IMG/VR virus record: IMGVR_UViG_3300037851_000547
Coordinates: 1 to 64,000 of that record
Direction: 5' to 3' (one strand)
DNA: 64,000 bases
Source of the DNA: a virus
In this document: in pieces, positions 1 through 8,546 of the stretch
Position numbering within the stretch: the first letter of the stretch is position 1
How the letters are laid out: the number at the start of each line of letters is the position of its first letter
Notes under the pieces: generated by a model
Seen by the model: the letters and a program-made list of their open reading frames with translations, nothing else
Told to the model about the DNA's origin: nothing
Database searches by the model: none
Position numbers and translations under genes: made by a program

Positions 1-52
1 AAGTCCACTCCGAACGACTCCCCTCACCACCAGCGCCCCAATCAACTCCACT

Positions 53-128
53 CCATTCCGGGGATAGAGTGGGGGGGGATCGTAAAAGCCTGAATTTACT
101 GCCCCCCCCCACTCTACCCCCGGAATGG
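53..128. repeat. Interrupted palindrome copy 1: CCATTCCGGGGATAGAGT+G8, 23-nt spacer, C9+ACTCTACCCCCGGAATGG
   Basis: Read directly. 53-78 is the reverse complement of 102-128 apart from one substitution and one extra C. The same arms recur at 39696-39722 and 39816-39842. Confidence 0.85.
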
Positions 129-183
129 GAGTAGACGGGTGGGTGGGAACTTGGTGGGTCACTCGACGTGGGCACACCTCTTG

Positions 184-732
184 CTAACTGGATTTTCGGC
201 GTTTCGTCAAGTACCAGGCACCGGCACCGGCCAGCAACAGCACGAACAGAGCCCCGAAACCTGCTTCTGGAGGAATGGCCGAAAGGATCGCCACAGGATC
301 AAGCCGTGGTGCCTCTGCGTCCTTCGGGTAAGGGGTATCCGATGTCTCGAAATGTAGGTGCGGAGCCCTGTTCTTCAGATCTTCGTTCTGAGGAGTCGAG
401 TAGGCGGTGTACCCCACCGTGCCGATCTGCTGTCCCTGCTTTATCCGGTCGCCTTGCTGTACGAGAAGTCGATCCAGATGCCCGTAGAGGTAGTAGAGCC
501 CTCGCGAACTCTGGATGACGACGGTTTTTCCGTACCCCCTGAAACCTGGCGTGTACGAGTCGATAGCTCGAGCCACCACGCCTCCCTCTGCGGCAACGAC
601 CGGCGTTCCCTTGTCGGCGACCAGATCGATACCCCTGTGGTAGTGCTCGGAGCCATCTTCTCGCGTACCTCGAAAGAACATGAACGACAGGATTCCACTG
701 GTCGGAACCCTGGCACTGGAAACTGGAAGCAT
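184..732 (-). CDS. M23/LytM-family peptidoglycan metallopeptidase with C-terminal membrane anchor
   Basis: 182-aa ORF with HYHRGIDL (HxxxD) and APHLHFE motifs. C-terminal hydrophobic helix FGALFVLLLAGAGAWYL. Confidence 0.8.
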   Translation of the reverse strand: MLPVSSARVPTSGILSFMFFRGTREDGSEHYHRGIDLVADKGTPVVAAEGGVVARAIDSYTPGFRGYGKTVVIQSSRGLYYLYGHLDRLLVQQGDRIKQGQQIGTVGYTAYSTPQNEDLKNRAPHLHFETSDTPYPKDAEAPRLDPVAILSAIPPEAGFGALFVLLLAGAGAWYLTKRRKSS

Positions 733-772
733 GAATCCAGTCTAGGTGCAATTCTCCCGAAAGGTCAATGCG

Positions 773-1300
773 CTACATTCTCTTCATGTGCCGAACGTGG
801 CAGCTCGCGTGAACCTTCACACGCAAGCCCTGCTCCATCCCGGAGGGCTTCGCGACCTGGATCTCAGCCGGTTCGTACTCCGGAATCCCCACGGCGAACG
901 GCCTGAAGCAGTACTGGCACACAGCCATTCCGTCCTTCATGCTCACGACCACGCAGGCTCCGTCCAGTGGCGAGCGCTCCAGCTCAATGTCGTCGCCAAG
1001 ATCGTCAGCCGAGGTCACCCCGAGCTGCGCCAGCGTCTTGTCGTCGAGCTTGAGCTTCTCACTGAAAGCCGTTCCAGGAAGCACTTCGCGCGCACCGGAA
1101 CTCGGCAGAATCACTGGCGATTTGTAGTCGCCAGGATCTGGAGGGGTGGCGATCGCCGGCAGGCCTCCTCCGACGATCTTCTCATTGCCTGGTTCGCTCT
1201 CGGAAACGCTCTCCTCGATGGGATCGATTGGCGATTCTGGCTGCTCCGGTTCCGAAGCTGCTTCTTGTGGGTTCATGGTAGGCTTTTCATTCTCTGACAT
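773..1300 (-). CDS. hypothetical protein (acidic Pro/Glu-rich N-terminus, Cys/His cluster at C-terminus)
   Basis: 175-aa ORF in the operon frame, 14-nt overlap with the upstream gene. No family recognised. Confidence 0.5.
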   Translation of the reverse strand: MSENEKPTMNPQEAASEPEQPESPIDPIEESVSESEPGNEKIVGGGLPAIATPPDPGDYKSPVILPSSGAREVLPGTAFSEKLKLDDKTLAQLGVTSADDLGDDIELERSPLDGACVVVSMKDGMAVCQYCFRPFAVGIPEYEPAEIQVAKPSGMEQGLRVKVHASCHVRHMKRM

Positions 1301-1862
1301 TCTGTTTCTCCACTCGGTAAAAGGTGTTCAGTGTTTCTCCACAATCCACTCGAAGCATCGTCGCTTCGGGATCATCCATCGGTCCCCCCCAATGCCAGGC
1401 CTCGCCATTGCAGGGATCTGGCAATGACCCTGTGCTCCAGAGGTCCGCTCGATCGAGCACGGTCTTCCACAGCTTGCTGTGCGGTGTCCATTCGAGTGTC
1501 TTCGGCCATCCTTCCGGTTCGAGCGTGATATCGAGATCGAGAGAACGTACCCAGCGCTGCCGATCAGTCAACGATCGCCGACCTGGCATGAGCCCTGCAC
1601 AGTACGCCCTGATAACGTGCAAGAAGGTGATCGCTCGGTACTCCTTGTGAATGTGCTTCCACCGGCGCTCGAGAACGTAGGCTATCGCAACATGATCCCT
1701 TTCCGATGTCCATCCAGCTTCGGCGACCATCGCACGAGCGAGCCACAGGTGCGTCTGCTGCGTCCACTGCCCCTCATCGAGAACTGTCGGCCTCGCCTGG
1801 ACAAAAGCAGCCAGCAGGAGCAACGATAGGATCAGTAATAATAATTTCAGAAGCATTTTCAT
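1287..1862 (-). CDS. secreted protein, possible SleB/CwlJ-like cell-wall hydrolase
   Basis: 191-aa ORF with signal-like LLLLILSLLLLAAFVQA. LARAMVAEAG...VAIAYVLERR resembles the SleB-type core (weak, by eye). Confidence 0.45.
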   Translation of the reverse strand: MKMLLKLLLLILSLLLLAAFVQARPTVLDEGQWTQQTHLWLARAMVAEAGWTSERDHVAIAYVLERRWKHIHKEYRAITFLHVIRAYCAGLMPGRRSLTDRQRWVRSLDLDITLEPEGWPKTLEWTPHSKLWKTVLDRADLWSTGSLPDPCNGEAWHWGGPMDDPEATMLRVDCGETLNTFYRVEKQNVRE

Positions 1863-1866
1863 AAAG

Positions 1867-2538
1867 TTACCTCTCTTCCGGTGGTACGTAGCTGACGTGG
1901 CACAACCTGAAGAAGTCCTCCTCTGTCAGTACAGGTGTCCACGATTCGTCGCTGATCTTGAAAAGACGATGGCCGTCGCAGCGATACCCCTGACGACGAG
2001 CAGCTGATTCCATCCTCATTGCGTATCGTGCAGGTCCGGTCTTCAATGTCAAGGCTACCCCCCACTCCATGTCTGTCTGAACCGGGAACAGATCGACCGG
2101 CAACCCAGGCCCCTCTACCGATTTCGGCAAGCAAATCATGGCCTTGAATCGGAATGGATGCTTCACCTGGGTAATCAGGTCGCCGTTTTCGTCAGCTCGA
2201 TAAGACAGGTAATCGATCTCTGGAAGCTTCTTCTCGACCAGATAGACGTTCTTTGTCTTCACTGGGCGACTTTTTTCGAAGCCTCCGAACAGGTCGCCCT
2301 GGTGCTGCGAAACGTCTTCCTTTACTTCCTGTGCGACCTTGCTGATGTAGATGATGCTCACGCCCTTGACGCGAGGCTGCTTGCGCCTGAGCCCTCCGAC
2401 AACCTGAATCCTCTCGACCGCTTCACGGAGGTCGTAGCAGATTGCCCTCGCATACATATCGGCGTATTCCGGATGGAAGTCTTCGCTCATTTTAGCATCA
2501 AGATTGCTGTTCGTACCGCAGCCGCCAGCGTCGGGCAC
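1867..2538 (-). CDS. truncated DNA polymerase X-like nucleotidyltransferase, probably catalytically degenerate
   Basis: 223-aa ORF (GTG start at 2538, or ATG at 2490). VGGLRRKQPRVKGVSIIYI aligns to the PolX GSxRR..KDxDxL palm motif but lacks the two Asp. PVDLFPV and the C-terminal FFRLCHVSYVPPEER match PolX thumb motifs. Confidence 0.55.
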   Translation of the reverse strand: MPDAGGCGTNSNLDAKMSEDFHPEYADMYARAICYDLREAVERIQVVGGLRRKQPRVKGVSIIYISKVAQEVKEDVSQHQGDLFGGFEKSRPVKTKNVYLVEKKLPEIDYLSYRADENGDLITQVKHPFRFKAMICLPKSVEGPGLPVDLFPVQTDMEWGVALTLKTGPARYAMRMESAARRQGYRCDGHRLFKISDESWTPVLTEEDFFRLCHVSYVPPEER

Positions 2539-2543
2539 TCGTC

Positions 2544-2837
2544 CTATTCCTCAAGCAGCTTGGCCGCATCTTGAAGCTGATTACTCAGCTCATCGTCATC
2601 TCCCAGGAGCTTTATCATGCGAGCAGCAACTTCGAGTGTCTCTATTCGATGACGAAGAAACTGGATACACTGCTCCAGTTCATCGATCTTGTCGCTTCCG
2701 CCGGGATCGAACTGGAGCCGTTCTCGGAGTCTCTCGACTTCTCCACGATACGGACAAGACTCGGTGTACCCGCATTTCGGACACTTGCAGTTTTCCAGAT
2801 CTCTCCGTGGCATGTCAGAGTGCATTCCATTTACCAT
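2544..2837 (-). CDS. hypothetical protein (CKCPKCG zinc-ribbon-like N-terminus, helical C-terminus)
   Basis: 97-aa ORF, tightly packed in the operon. Confidence 0.45.
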   Translation of the reverse strand: MVNGMHSDMPRRDLENCKCPKCGYTESCPYRGEVERLRERLQFDPGGSDKIDELEQCIQFLRHRIETLEVAARMIKLLGDDDELSNQLQDAAKLLEE

Positions 2838-2864
2838 CTTGGTAAACGATTTCCTTGTTGCGCT

Positions 2865-3047
2865 TCATTTTCTGAAGCAGCGAATCAAAAACCGATCGAG
2901 TCTTTCTTCGCTCATACTTGGTAGGCGATCTTTGAAATCCTCGATGATTTGCGCGAACTTCAGTGGCTTCTTTTTCAAGAAGCTGTAAATGTCGTGCCTC
3001 AGTTCGGCCATAGCTATTCTGTCCATTGATGTCAGTAGCTTTTTCAT
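2865..3047 (-). CDS. hypothetical small protein
   Basis: 60-aa ORF, locally AT-richer. Confidence 0.35.
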   Translation of the reverse strand: MKKLLTSMDRIAMAELRHDIYSFLKKKPLKFAQIIEDFKDRLPSMSEERLDRFLIRCFRK

Positions 3048-3053
3048 AGTTCC

Positions 3054-3428
3054 TCAGTTCATCAATTTCGGAAGTTTGAAACCTGCTTTCGCAACCAGTG
3101 CTTCGACGAACTTTACTCGGTCACCGGCAATCGTCGATGCTTCGTACCTTCTCTTCAGTTCCTCTTGAGGAAAGCCATTGTCAGCGAGCTTGTTGGCGAA
3201 AGCCTGCCATTGCCTGACAATTTCTTTCGACGGCAGCGTGCTTGGGCCAGCGAAGGCGTAGAACTTCTTACCCTGCGAAAAGAGCGCCACGCCTGCGCCA
3301 ACGTATTCATCTTCCGAAGTCTTCATCTTCGGAACCATGTACAGATCTTCGGCTTTGAAGCCGAGCGTTCTGAAGCACTCCCATACCGCCCAGATGTTCC
3401 AGATTATCTCGTCGAACTCTTCAGACAT
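3054..3428 (-). CDS. hypothetical protein
   Basis: 124-aa ORF with protein-like composition. No motif recognised. Confidence 0.5.
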   Translation of the reverse strand: MSEEFDEIIWNIWAVWECFRTLGFKAEDLYMVPKMKTSEDEYVGAGVALFSQGKKFYAFAGPSTLPSKEIVRQWQAFANKLADNGFPQEELKRRYEASTIAGDRVKFVEALVAKAGFKLPKLMN

Positions 3429-3444
3429 AACTTACCCACAGTCT

Positions 3445-3645
3445 CTACATGATAGAAAATATCGGCAACACTACGACAGCTCCCTGGTCACGGACATCCA
3501 AGCAAAAGCTGGACACGCGGAACCTGCCGCCACACTGGTCGATGTACAGTCGTCCGTTGATGAGCCGATAGACAGTAGGCCACCACGACCCATCTGACCT
3601 ACCAGTGCGGCAGGTGTTGCATTTCGTCGTCTTACTTCCACTCAT
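3445..3645 (-). CDS. hypothetical small Cys-containing protein
   Basis: 66-aa ORF that fills the gap between the ParB-like gene and the next gene. 14-nt overlap with the ParB-like stop. Confidence 0.3.
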   Translation of the reverse strand: MSGSKTTKCNTCRTGRSDGSWWPTVYRLINGRLYIDQCGGRFRVSSFCLDVRDQGAVVVLPIFSIM

Positions 3646-4510
3646 CGGCCATCATGGCTTTCAGGCCCTTGACGACGGAAGGCCCGATTTCGCCCATCGC
3701 GAACTTGATTCCCTTGATGAACATCGGGTCGAGCCGCTCGTCCTCGACCAGCTCGTCGTTGCGTTTCAGAAGCCTCTTCAGAACCTTCTTGCCGGGTGCC
3801 TTCACGATGTTCTCGTTCTCCCCGAACATTCCATCGCTCTTGTGTCTCTTCACAGCAGCCCTCACGTCGCCGATCGTGGCCTTGCCTTCCGCGATGAGCT
3901 TGTCGGCTTGAGCTTTCTGCTCCTCGCGAGGAAGGTCAGACAGGTTGGCTGCAGCAGAAGCCGACATCTTGCCATCCTCGACGAGCTTCTGAACGGGAGC
4001 GACCAGATCTAAGAGCTTCAGATAGAGCTTCAGTCCGTTGAGTGTAACGCCGAAAATCTTCGCCGCGTCCTCCTCGCCGTTGCCGAGATCGATGTACCGC
4101 TGCACCTTTCGGGCCTTGGCCATCGGGCCGTCGTTCTCCCGCAGCTCGTTCTCCGAAACCATCATGCCGAAGGACTTGCTGTCGTCGGCGCGCTCGACGG
4201 TGGCTGGAACCCTGATGATTTCTCTTCCCTCCTTTCGCAGCTCCTCGTTGAGCGCTCTGGCGGCTTTGACGCGCCGGCGACCCTGGATGACCTCGGCCTT
4301 CTCTCCGTTCTTGCGGACGGATATGGACACCAGGATCTTCCCCAGCGCCTTGATGTTGGCGACGAGCTTTTGGTCAACCGGCTCGGTCGCCCTCTTGTCC
4401 CAGAGCGGGTGCTCCGGGCCGTCGTCGGTGTCGAGCCCGATGATCACCAGATCGTCAGGATCGAACAGGTACAGGTTGCTCCTCTTTGCGTCGAACGCAT
4501 TCTTTGCCAT
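3632..4510 (-). CDS. ParB N-terminal-domain (ParB/sulfiredoxin-like) DNA-binding protein
   Basis: 292-aa ORF. VSISVRKNGEKAEVIQGRRRVKAARAL matches the ParB GxRR box region. Helical C-terminal half. Confidence 0.7.
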   Translation of the reverse strand: MAKNAFDAKRSNLYLFDPDDLVIIGLDTDDGPEHPLWDKRATEPVDQKLVANIKALGKILVSISVRKNGEKAEVIQGRRRVKAARALNEELRKEGREIIRVPATVERADDSKSFGMMVSENELRENDGPMAKARKVQRYIDLGNGEEDAAKIFGVTLNGLKLYLKLLDLVAPVQKLVEDGKMSASAAANLSDLPREEQKAQADKLIAEGKATIGDVRAAVKRHKSDGMFGENENIVKAPGKKVLKRLLKRNDELVEDERLDPMFIKGIKFAMGEIGPSVVKGLKAMMADEWK

Positions 4511-4522
4511 CTGGTTCCTCCT

Positions 4523-4882
4523 TTATTTTTCCAGTTTGTCCTTCACAAGACCCCGGAGTCTTTCCGGAATCAAGTTGTCGAATACCATTCTGTTGAACGA
4601 TCCGTCACTCATCCTTTCGTATACGAGCGTGACCGCTGATAAATGCAGGTTTGGCTTTCTGGTGAGCGCTCTCACCAGCAGCATATCGTCCCTCATCGGA
4701 AGCAGACCTATGTGCTCTATTATATCGTGCAGGTCTTCATCGTTACGCAAGACGAACGAAAAGACTTCCACCCCATGAAGATAGTACTGCACGTCGTATC
4801 CTAGAAACCCAACGATCGGTGTCGTTCCCTGGTCGATTGCCAATCCAGGCAGCGCGCTCTGTGATGGTTGTCGCTTGTTCAC
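4523..4882 (-). CDS. hypothetical protein
   Basis: 119-aa ORF, ATGA-type 4-nt overlap with the upstream gene. Confidence 0.45.
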   Translation of the reverse strand: MNKRQPSQSALPGLAIDQGTTPIVGFLGYDVQYYLHGVEVFSFVLRNDEDLHDIIEHIGLLPMRDDMLLVRALTRKPNLHLSAVTLVYERMSDGSFNRMVFDNLIPERLRGLVKDKLEK

Positions 4883-6003
4883 ATCGGGTCCTCTCGCTTC
4901 GGGGTAGCCAGCCCAGTGTTGATCAAAATGTCTGTCATCGCTTGATCGCGGATCTTCCAGTTAGCCCCTTTGTCCTTGTCGAGCAGCTTCAAGAACCACA
5001 TATCCTCCAGGGCTCTTTCGATGACTGGCTTCGACATGCGGACGGTGTTCCTGAGATCGTCAGACCTCTCTGCACCTTCAATGATGCTTTTCAAGATGCG
5101 GACACGGACGCTCGGAACCGAGTCGATGCAGCACCTCTGGATGATTCTGACCGTGGTTTCCTCGTCGCTGCCGATGTCCTGGCAGGCTCTGGCGACGAGC
5201 AGCATCTGACTCGTGACGCGAGTTGGAACCTCGCTGGTGCTGACCATTTCATCCACTTCGCGGGTGTAGCGATCTCTGGAAACCGAGCTTCGCGCTTTTA
5301 CCATTGCACGAGCAGAGAACATGATCGCCTTCACGACGACTTCCGGCAGCTCGGTGTCTTTCTGAATCTTCGTCGTCTTGAAGAACTGAACCGCAGCAGC
5401 ACCCAGCTCCTTCTTCATCTGTGTTTGCCGGATGTTGTTCTGATAACTTCGTTCCTGAATGATTTCTTCCGCGAGATCTGTCGTGTTGAACTTGATGCTC
5501 AGGAAGCGCTCGCCGAGCGCTGCATCGTAGCTACGAACTTTTTCGATCGCTGGAGTGGCACCGCCCAGCACCCCAAACTTTCCCCTCCATTCGATATTTC
5601 CGGTACCCGTACGCTTCACGAAGTAGCCATCGTAGGCGTCTCGAAGCGTTGCGAAAATCTGCGCCCTGGCTTCAGCAGGCATTTCCGTGAAGGTGCTCAT
5701 GTCCTTCACGATCAGGATCTTTCGGTTCTTCAGCTGATGAAGAAGCGAGTTCTCACCGTCTTTGTAGCCACTGGCGAGCGCGTTCGGCGTCAACGTAGAG
5801 ACCATCACTGTCTCGTCCACGTTAGTAAGGGCTCCAAGAAGTTCGGACTTCCCGCAGCCAGGCTTTCCTATCAGCATGGCCCATACGGGAAGTCCGTCGT
5901 ACCTGTTAGCCAGGTAGATCGCAAAGATTATGCGCAGTATATCTGGATCGTGATCCAGATACAGCCACTGCTTGAATACGCCTTCGACTTCATCGAAGCG
6001 CAC
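4879..6003 (-). CDS. P-loop NTPase, putative replicative helicase or primase-associated ATPase
   Basis: 374-aa ORF (GTG start). Walker A LIGKPGCGKSEL and Walker B-like KILIVKDMS. It sits directly after the Sak4/DUF669 recombination genes, as in many phage replication modules. Confidence 0.6.
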   Translation of the reverse strand: MRFDEVEGVFKQWLYLDHDPDILRIIFAIYLANRYDGLPVWAMLIGKPGCGKSELLGALTNVDETVMVSTLTPNALASGYKDGENSLLHQLKNRKILIVKDMSTFTEMPAEARAQIFATLRDAYDGYFVKRTGTGNIEWRGKFGVLGGATPAIEKVRSYDAALGERFLSIKFNTTDLAEEIIQERSYQNNIRQTQMKKELGAAAVQFFKTTKIQKDTELPEVVVKAIMFSARAMVKARSSVSRDRYTREVDEMVSTSEVPTRVTSQMLLVARACQDIGSDEETTVRIIQRCCIDSVPSVRVRILKSIIEGAERSDDLRNTVRMSKPVIERALEDMWFLKLLDKDKGANWKIRDQAMTDILINTGLATPKREDPM

Positions 6004-6030
6004 GCTGGCTCCTCAACGGAAAGGTGTTGA

Positions 6031-6146
6031 GGCCGGCCCCTTCAGACTTCGGTAGAACGCCCATTCCGTCACGGGTCGTGAGGGGGGGGGACTCGCACGT
6101 TGCCCGAGTGAAGTTGCGTTCTTACCGAAGTATGAAAGGGCCGGCC
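6031..6146. repeat. Nested inverted repeat (about 30-nt arms) enclosing a CCCATTCCG...G9 core
   Basis: 6031-6060 (GGCCGGCCCCTTCAGACTTCGGTAGAACGC) is complementary to 6116-6146 at about 27 of 31 positions by my alignment. The centre carries CCCATTCCGTCACGGGTCGTGA+G9. Confidence 0.85.
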
Positions 6147-6153
6147 AGTGTTG

Positions 6154-6696
6154 TTACAGCGCCACCTCTTCGTTGGAAGAACCCTTGCCACCGTCCTTGG
6201 ACGGCTTTTTATCGTCGCCCTTGGACGCGGGTTTGTCAACTCCGATTTCCTTGCCCTCGGCGTCGAGTTTCATGTCGATTCCGCGCCAGTTGGCCGAAGG
6301 CGCGAAACTGCGGCACCGCGGCCTCTCGAAGCCCTCGTACTCCTCGAGCCTGGTTTCCACCACGAGCCAGGTCGATCCGTCGTCGATGTCGTCGGGGATC
6401 TCCTCGCCCTTGAAGCGCGGCGGGTAACAGGCGTCGAGGAAGGCGACCAGTCGCCACTCGGCCTTCTCGGAGAAGCTGATTACCTCGAAGACCCTGAAAC
6501 CGATTGCGTTCTCGCCCTTCTTGTTCGCGGCGTCGAGGATCTCCAGTTCGACGTGAACGTAGCTATCCCCTCCGGACTTCTTCTCGCGTTCCTCCAGGAC
6601 ATCCACCTTGCACAGGTACTTGCCGTTCGGAACGTCGAACCCCATCTGCGAGCGTTCGGTGTTGTCATCTACAGCTTTAGGCAGTTTGATTCCCAT
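6154..6696 (-). CDS. DUF669-like phage protein (putative ssDNA-binding protein)
   Basis: The ORF track gives 6154..6717. The internal ATG at 6696 follows AAAGGAAACGAAG. PNGKYLCKVDVLEEREKKSGGDSYVHVELEI...AEWRLVAFLDA resembles the DUF669 pattern. Lys/Asp-rich tail. Confidence 0.5.
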   Translation of the reverse strand: MGIKLPKAVDDNTERSQMGFDVPNGKYLCKVDVLEEREKKSGGDSYVHVELEILDAANKKGENAIGFRVFEVISFSEKAEWRLVAFLDACYPPRFKGEEIPDDIDDGSTWLVVETRLEEYEGFERPRCRSFAPSANWRGIDMKLDAEGKEIGVDKPASKGDDKKPSKDGGKGSSNEEVAL

Positions 6697-7450
6697 CTTC
6701 GTTTCCTTTCTCGGCATCGCCGAATATCTTGTTGCGGATCACCTTGAGGTCGGGTTCCTCCATTTCATCGAGCACTCCCGATCTGTCCCCCGCCCCGTCA
6801 TGGGTGGAGGTCAGAAGCTTCACGCCCTGGCCTTTCTCGTAGGCCATGCGAAGGATGAGGTCGGCGTCTCCCAGGAACCTGGCACCGGATTGCCCGCTGA
6901 GCGCCGGTTCTGGTCGGTGGGTAGTCCTGCTCTCGCGCTCCAGGGCGACGTTGACCACGTTGCAGGGATAGCTGTTGAGCATGTTGGCGCACTCGCTCAT
7001 CAGCCCGAGATTGATGCCCCAATCTGCCTGCGTGGTGATGTCTCGAACGAACTCGTCACGGTCGTCCTTGGCATCCGGGTTTCGCAGGCTGATCTTCCGC
7101 GCCTCAGTGAGAAGCATGATCTGAAGGTGTGTCACGGTATCGATCGCCGCCCAGACCTTGCTCGGAGGCACACCGGCCTTGATGACCTTGCGGACGATGT
7201 TCTTCCCCTCTTCCAGCGCTTCGCGCATGTCGGTAAGGTTGTAGACCTCCGCGACCACCAGCCTCTTTTCGTAAACCATTGGGTTGCGGTAGACCTCAAG
7301 CGTACCGTGATCGGTGGAGATCAAAACAACGAAGTCTCCATCCTTCACAAGCTTCAGCAGGGTCCTGGTCTTCCCCAGCTTCGGCGCTCCGAAAAGCAGC
7401 ACGGACAGCCGCTGCTTCTCCAGTTTGAACGTCCTGTTGAATATCGCCAC
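6677..7450 (-). CDS. Sak4-like / AAA_24-family RecA-fold ATPase
   Basis: The ORF track start (7591) overlaps the upstream gene. GTG at 7450 is preceded by GGAGGTTCAATA. Walker A LLFGAPKLGKT, Walker B-like WAAIDTVTHL. Confidence 0.7.
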   Translation of the reverse strand: MAIFNRTFKLEKQRLSVLLFGAPKLGKTRTLLKLVKDGDFVVLISTDHGTLEVYRNPMVYEKRLVVAEVYNLTDMREALEEGKNIVRKVIKAGVPPSKVWAAIDTVTHLQIMLLTEARKISLRNPDAKDDRDEFVRDITTQADWGINLGLMSECANMLNSYPCNVVNVALERESRTTHRPEPALSGQSGARFLGDADLILRMAYEKGQGVKLLTSTHDGAGDRSGVLDEMEEPDLKVIRNKIFGDAEKGNEDGNQTA

Positions 7451-7463
7451 TATTGAACCTCCT

Positions 7464-8546
7464 TTAGTCGCTGTCTGCGTCGAACATCTCGTCTCTGAAA
7501 TCCACGTTTTCCGGCAACGCAGCCATCTTCTCAGCCGCATCTCGAACCTTAGATATCGTCGCGCAAATCTGCTTGTGCGAGCAGCGAGCATCGCTGCAGC
7601 CGATTTGCGTCAGGTGCTTCAGGCAGTACGGCCTGAAGTCGCAGTTGTCGCAGGCCATACCGAATACCGGAGGATAGCCGATCTCCTCGAATGGCTTGAT
7701 GAGCCTGGACAGCTGGTACATCTGCTCGATCGCGCCGTCGATGTCGAAGAACTCGCGATCGTAGTGCCAGTACATGAACTGCTCGTGCTCCTTGTCGGCC
7801 ATCTCGTCGTAGATGCGCTGCGCGAGCTCTGTCGGTGTCTCGTCCTTTGGTTCCGGGTTGTTCTTCGTCGGCTTGCCGGCTTTCTTCAGCTTGTGCCTGG
7901 GCTTGTTCGCCACGGCCAGAACGAACTTCTTGGCTTCCGGGATGCCCTTGAAATACGTGGCGGCCTGCCTGATGACCTTCAGCTCATCGTAGGTGCTCAT
8001 CGCGTACTTCCACTCGATGATCGTCTCGCGGTCCTTCGTCAGCCGGTCGATGTACCCCAGAAAGTAGGCGTCCTTGTACGGGATGCCAACGCGGACCTCG
8101 GCCATCAGCGGACCCCAGTCCTTCTTCCATTCCTGGTACCGCCGCAGTACAGCGATGAGCTTCGCCTTGGCGACCGGAAACGAATCCAGCTCCTTCGGCA
8201 ACTCGCATGGGATGCCGAGATCGATCTTCGCCGAGCAGTCGCTGAACGCACGACCCACCACCTTCCACTGAGCGGGGATCGGCGGCTCGACATGGTAGAC
8301 GTAGTTGAAGGCGTACTTGCGCGGACACTGCATGATCGTGCTGATCCGCGAAGCGCTTGTCGGCGTCATCGTGCCGATGAGAGCTTTGTTTTCTTCTTGC
8401 TGCTTGTGAAGCAGTAGCTCGCACCTGAAGTACTCCGGTCGCTTGCAGATTCCATCGTCGTTGTAGAATCGGCATTTGACCTTTCCGTCATCCATCTGGA
8501 CTGGGCGGAAGTCTCCGCAGATTTTCTTCGCGAGCGCTTTGTCCAT
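7464..8546 (-). CDS. PD-(D/E)XK nuclease, Cas4/RecB-like exonuclease with C-terminal Cys cluster
   Basis: GYIDRL...IIEWKY (D..ExK) motif, C-terminal CDNCDFRPYC plus an N-terminal Cys. ATG at 8546 overlaps the upstream TGA (TGATG). Confidence 0.75.
   Translation of the reverse strand: MDKALAKKICGDFRPVQMDDGKVKCRFYNDDGICKRPEYFRCELLLHKQQEENKALIGTMTPTSASRISTIMQCPRKYAFNYVYHVEPPIPAQWKVVGRAFSDCSAKIDLGIPCELPKELDSFPVAKAKLIAVLRRYQEWKKDWGPLMAEVRVGIPYKDAYFLGYIDRLTKDRETIIEWKYAMSTYDELKVIRQAATYFKGIPEAKKFVLAVANKPRHKLKKAGKPTKNNPEPKDETPTELAQRIYDEMADKEHEQFMYWHYDREFFDIDGAIEQMYQLSRLIKPFEEIGYPPVFGMACDNCDFRPYCLKHLTQIGCSDARCSHKQICATISKVRDAAEKMAALPENVDFRDEMFDADSD

Noticed and set aside
139-518. Plus-strand ORFs 139..357 and 168..518 downstream of the right palindrome arm, considered as targets of a rightward promoter.
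   Set aside because: They lie antisense to the motif-rich M23 peptidase gene, and their translations are low-complexity Arg/Pro/Ser-rich.
4819-6030. Long plus-strand ORFs antisense to strong minus-strand genes. Examples are 4819..6030, 7314..8417, 15517..16620, 26592..27704, 30224..31225, 41600-region shadows, 55502..56440, 56858..57838 and 59967..60842.
   Set aside because: These are typical shadow ORFs of GC-rich coding DNA. Their translations are Arg/Leu/Ser/Pro-rich without motifs, and each lies opposite a gene with clear domain signatures or operon coupling.
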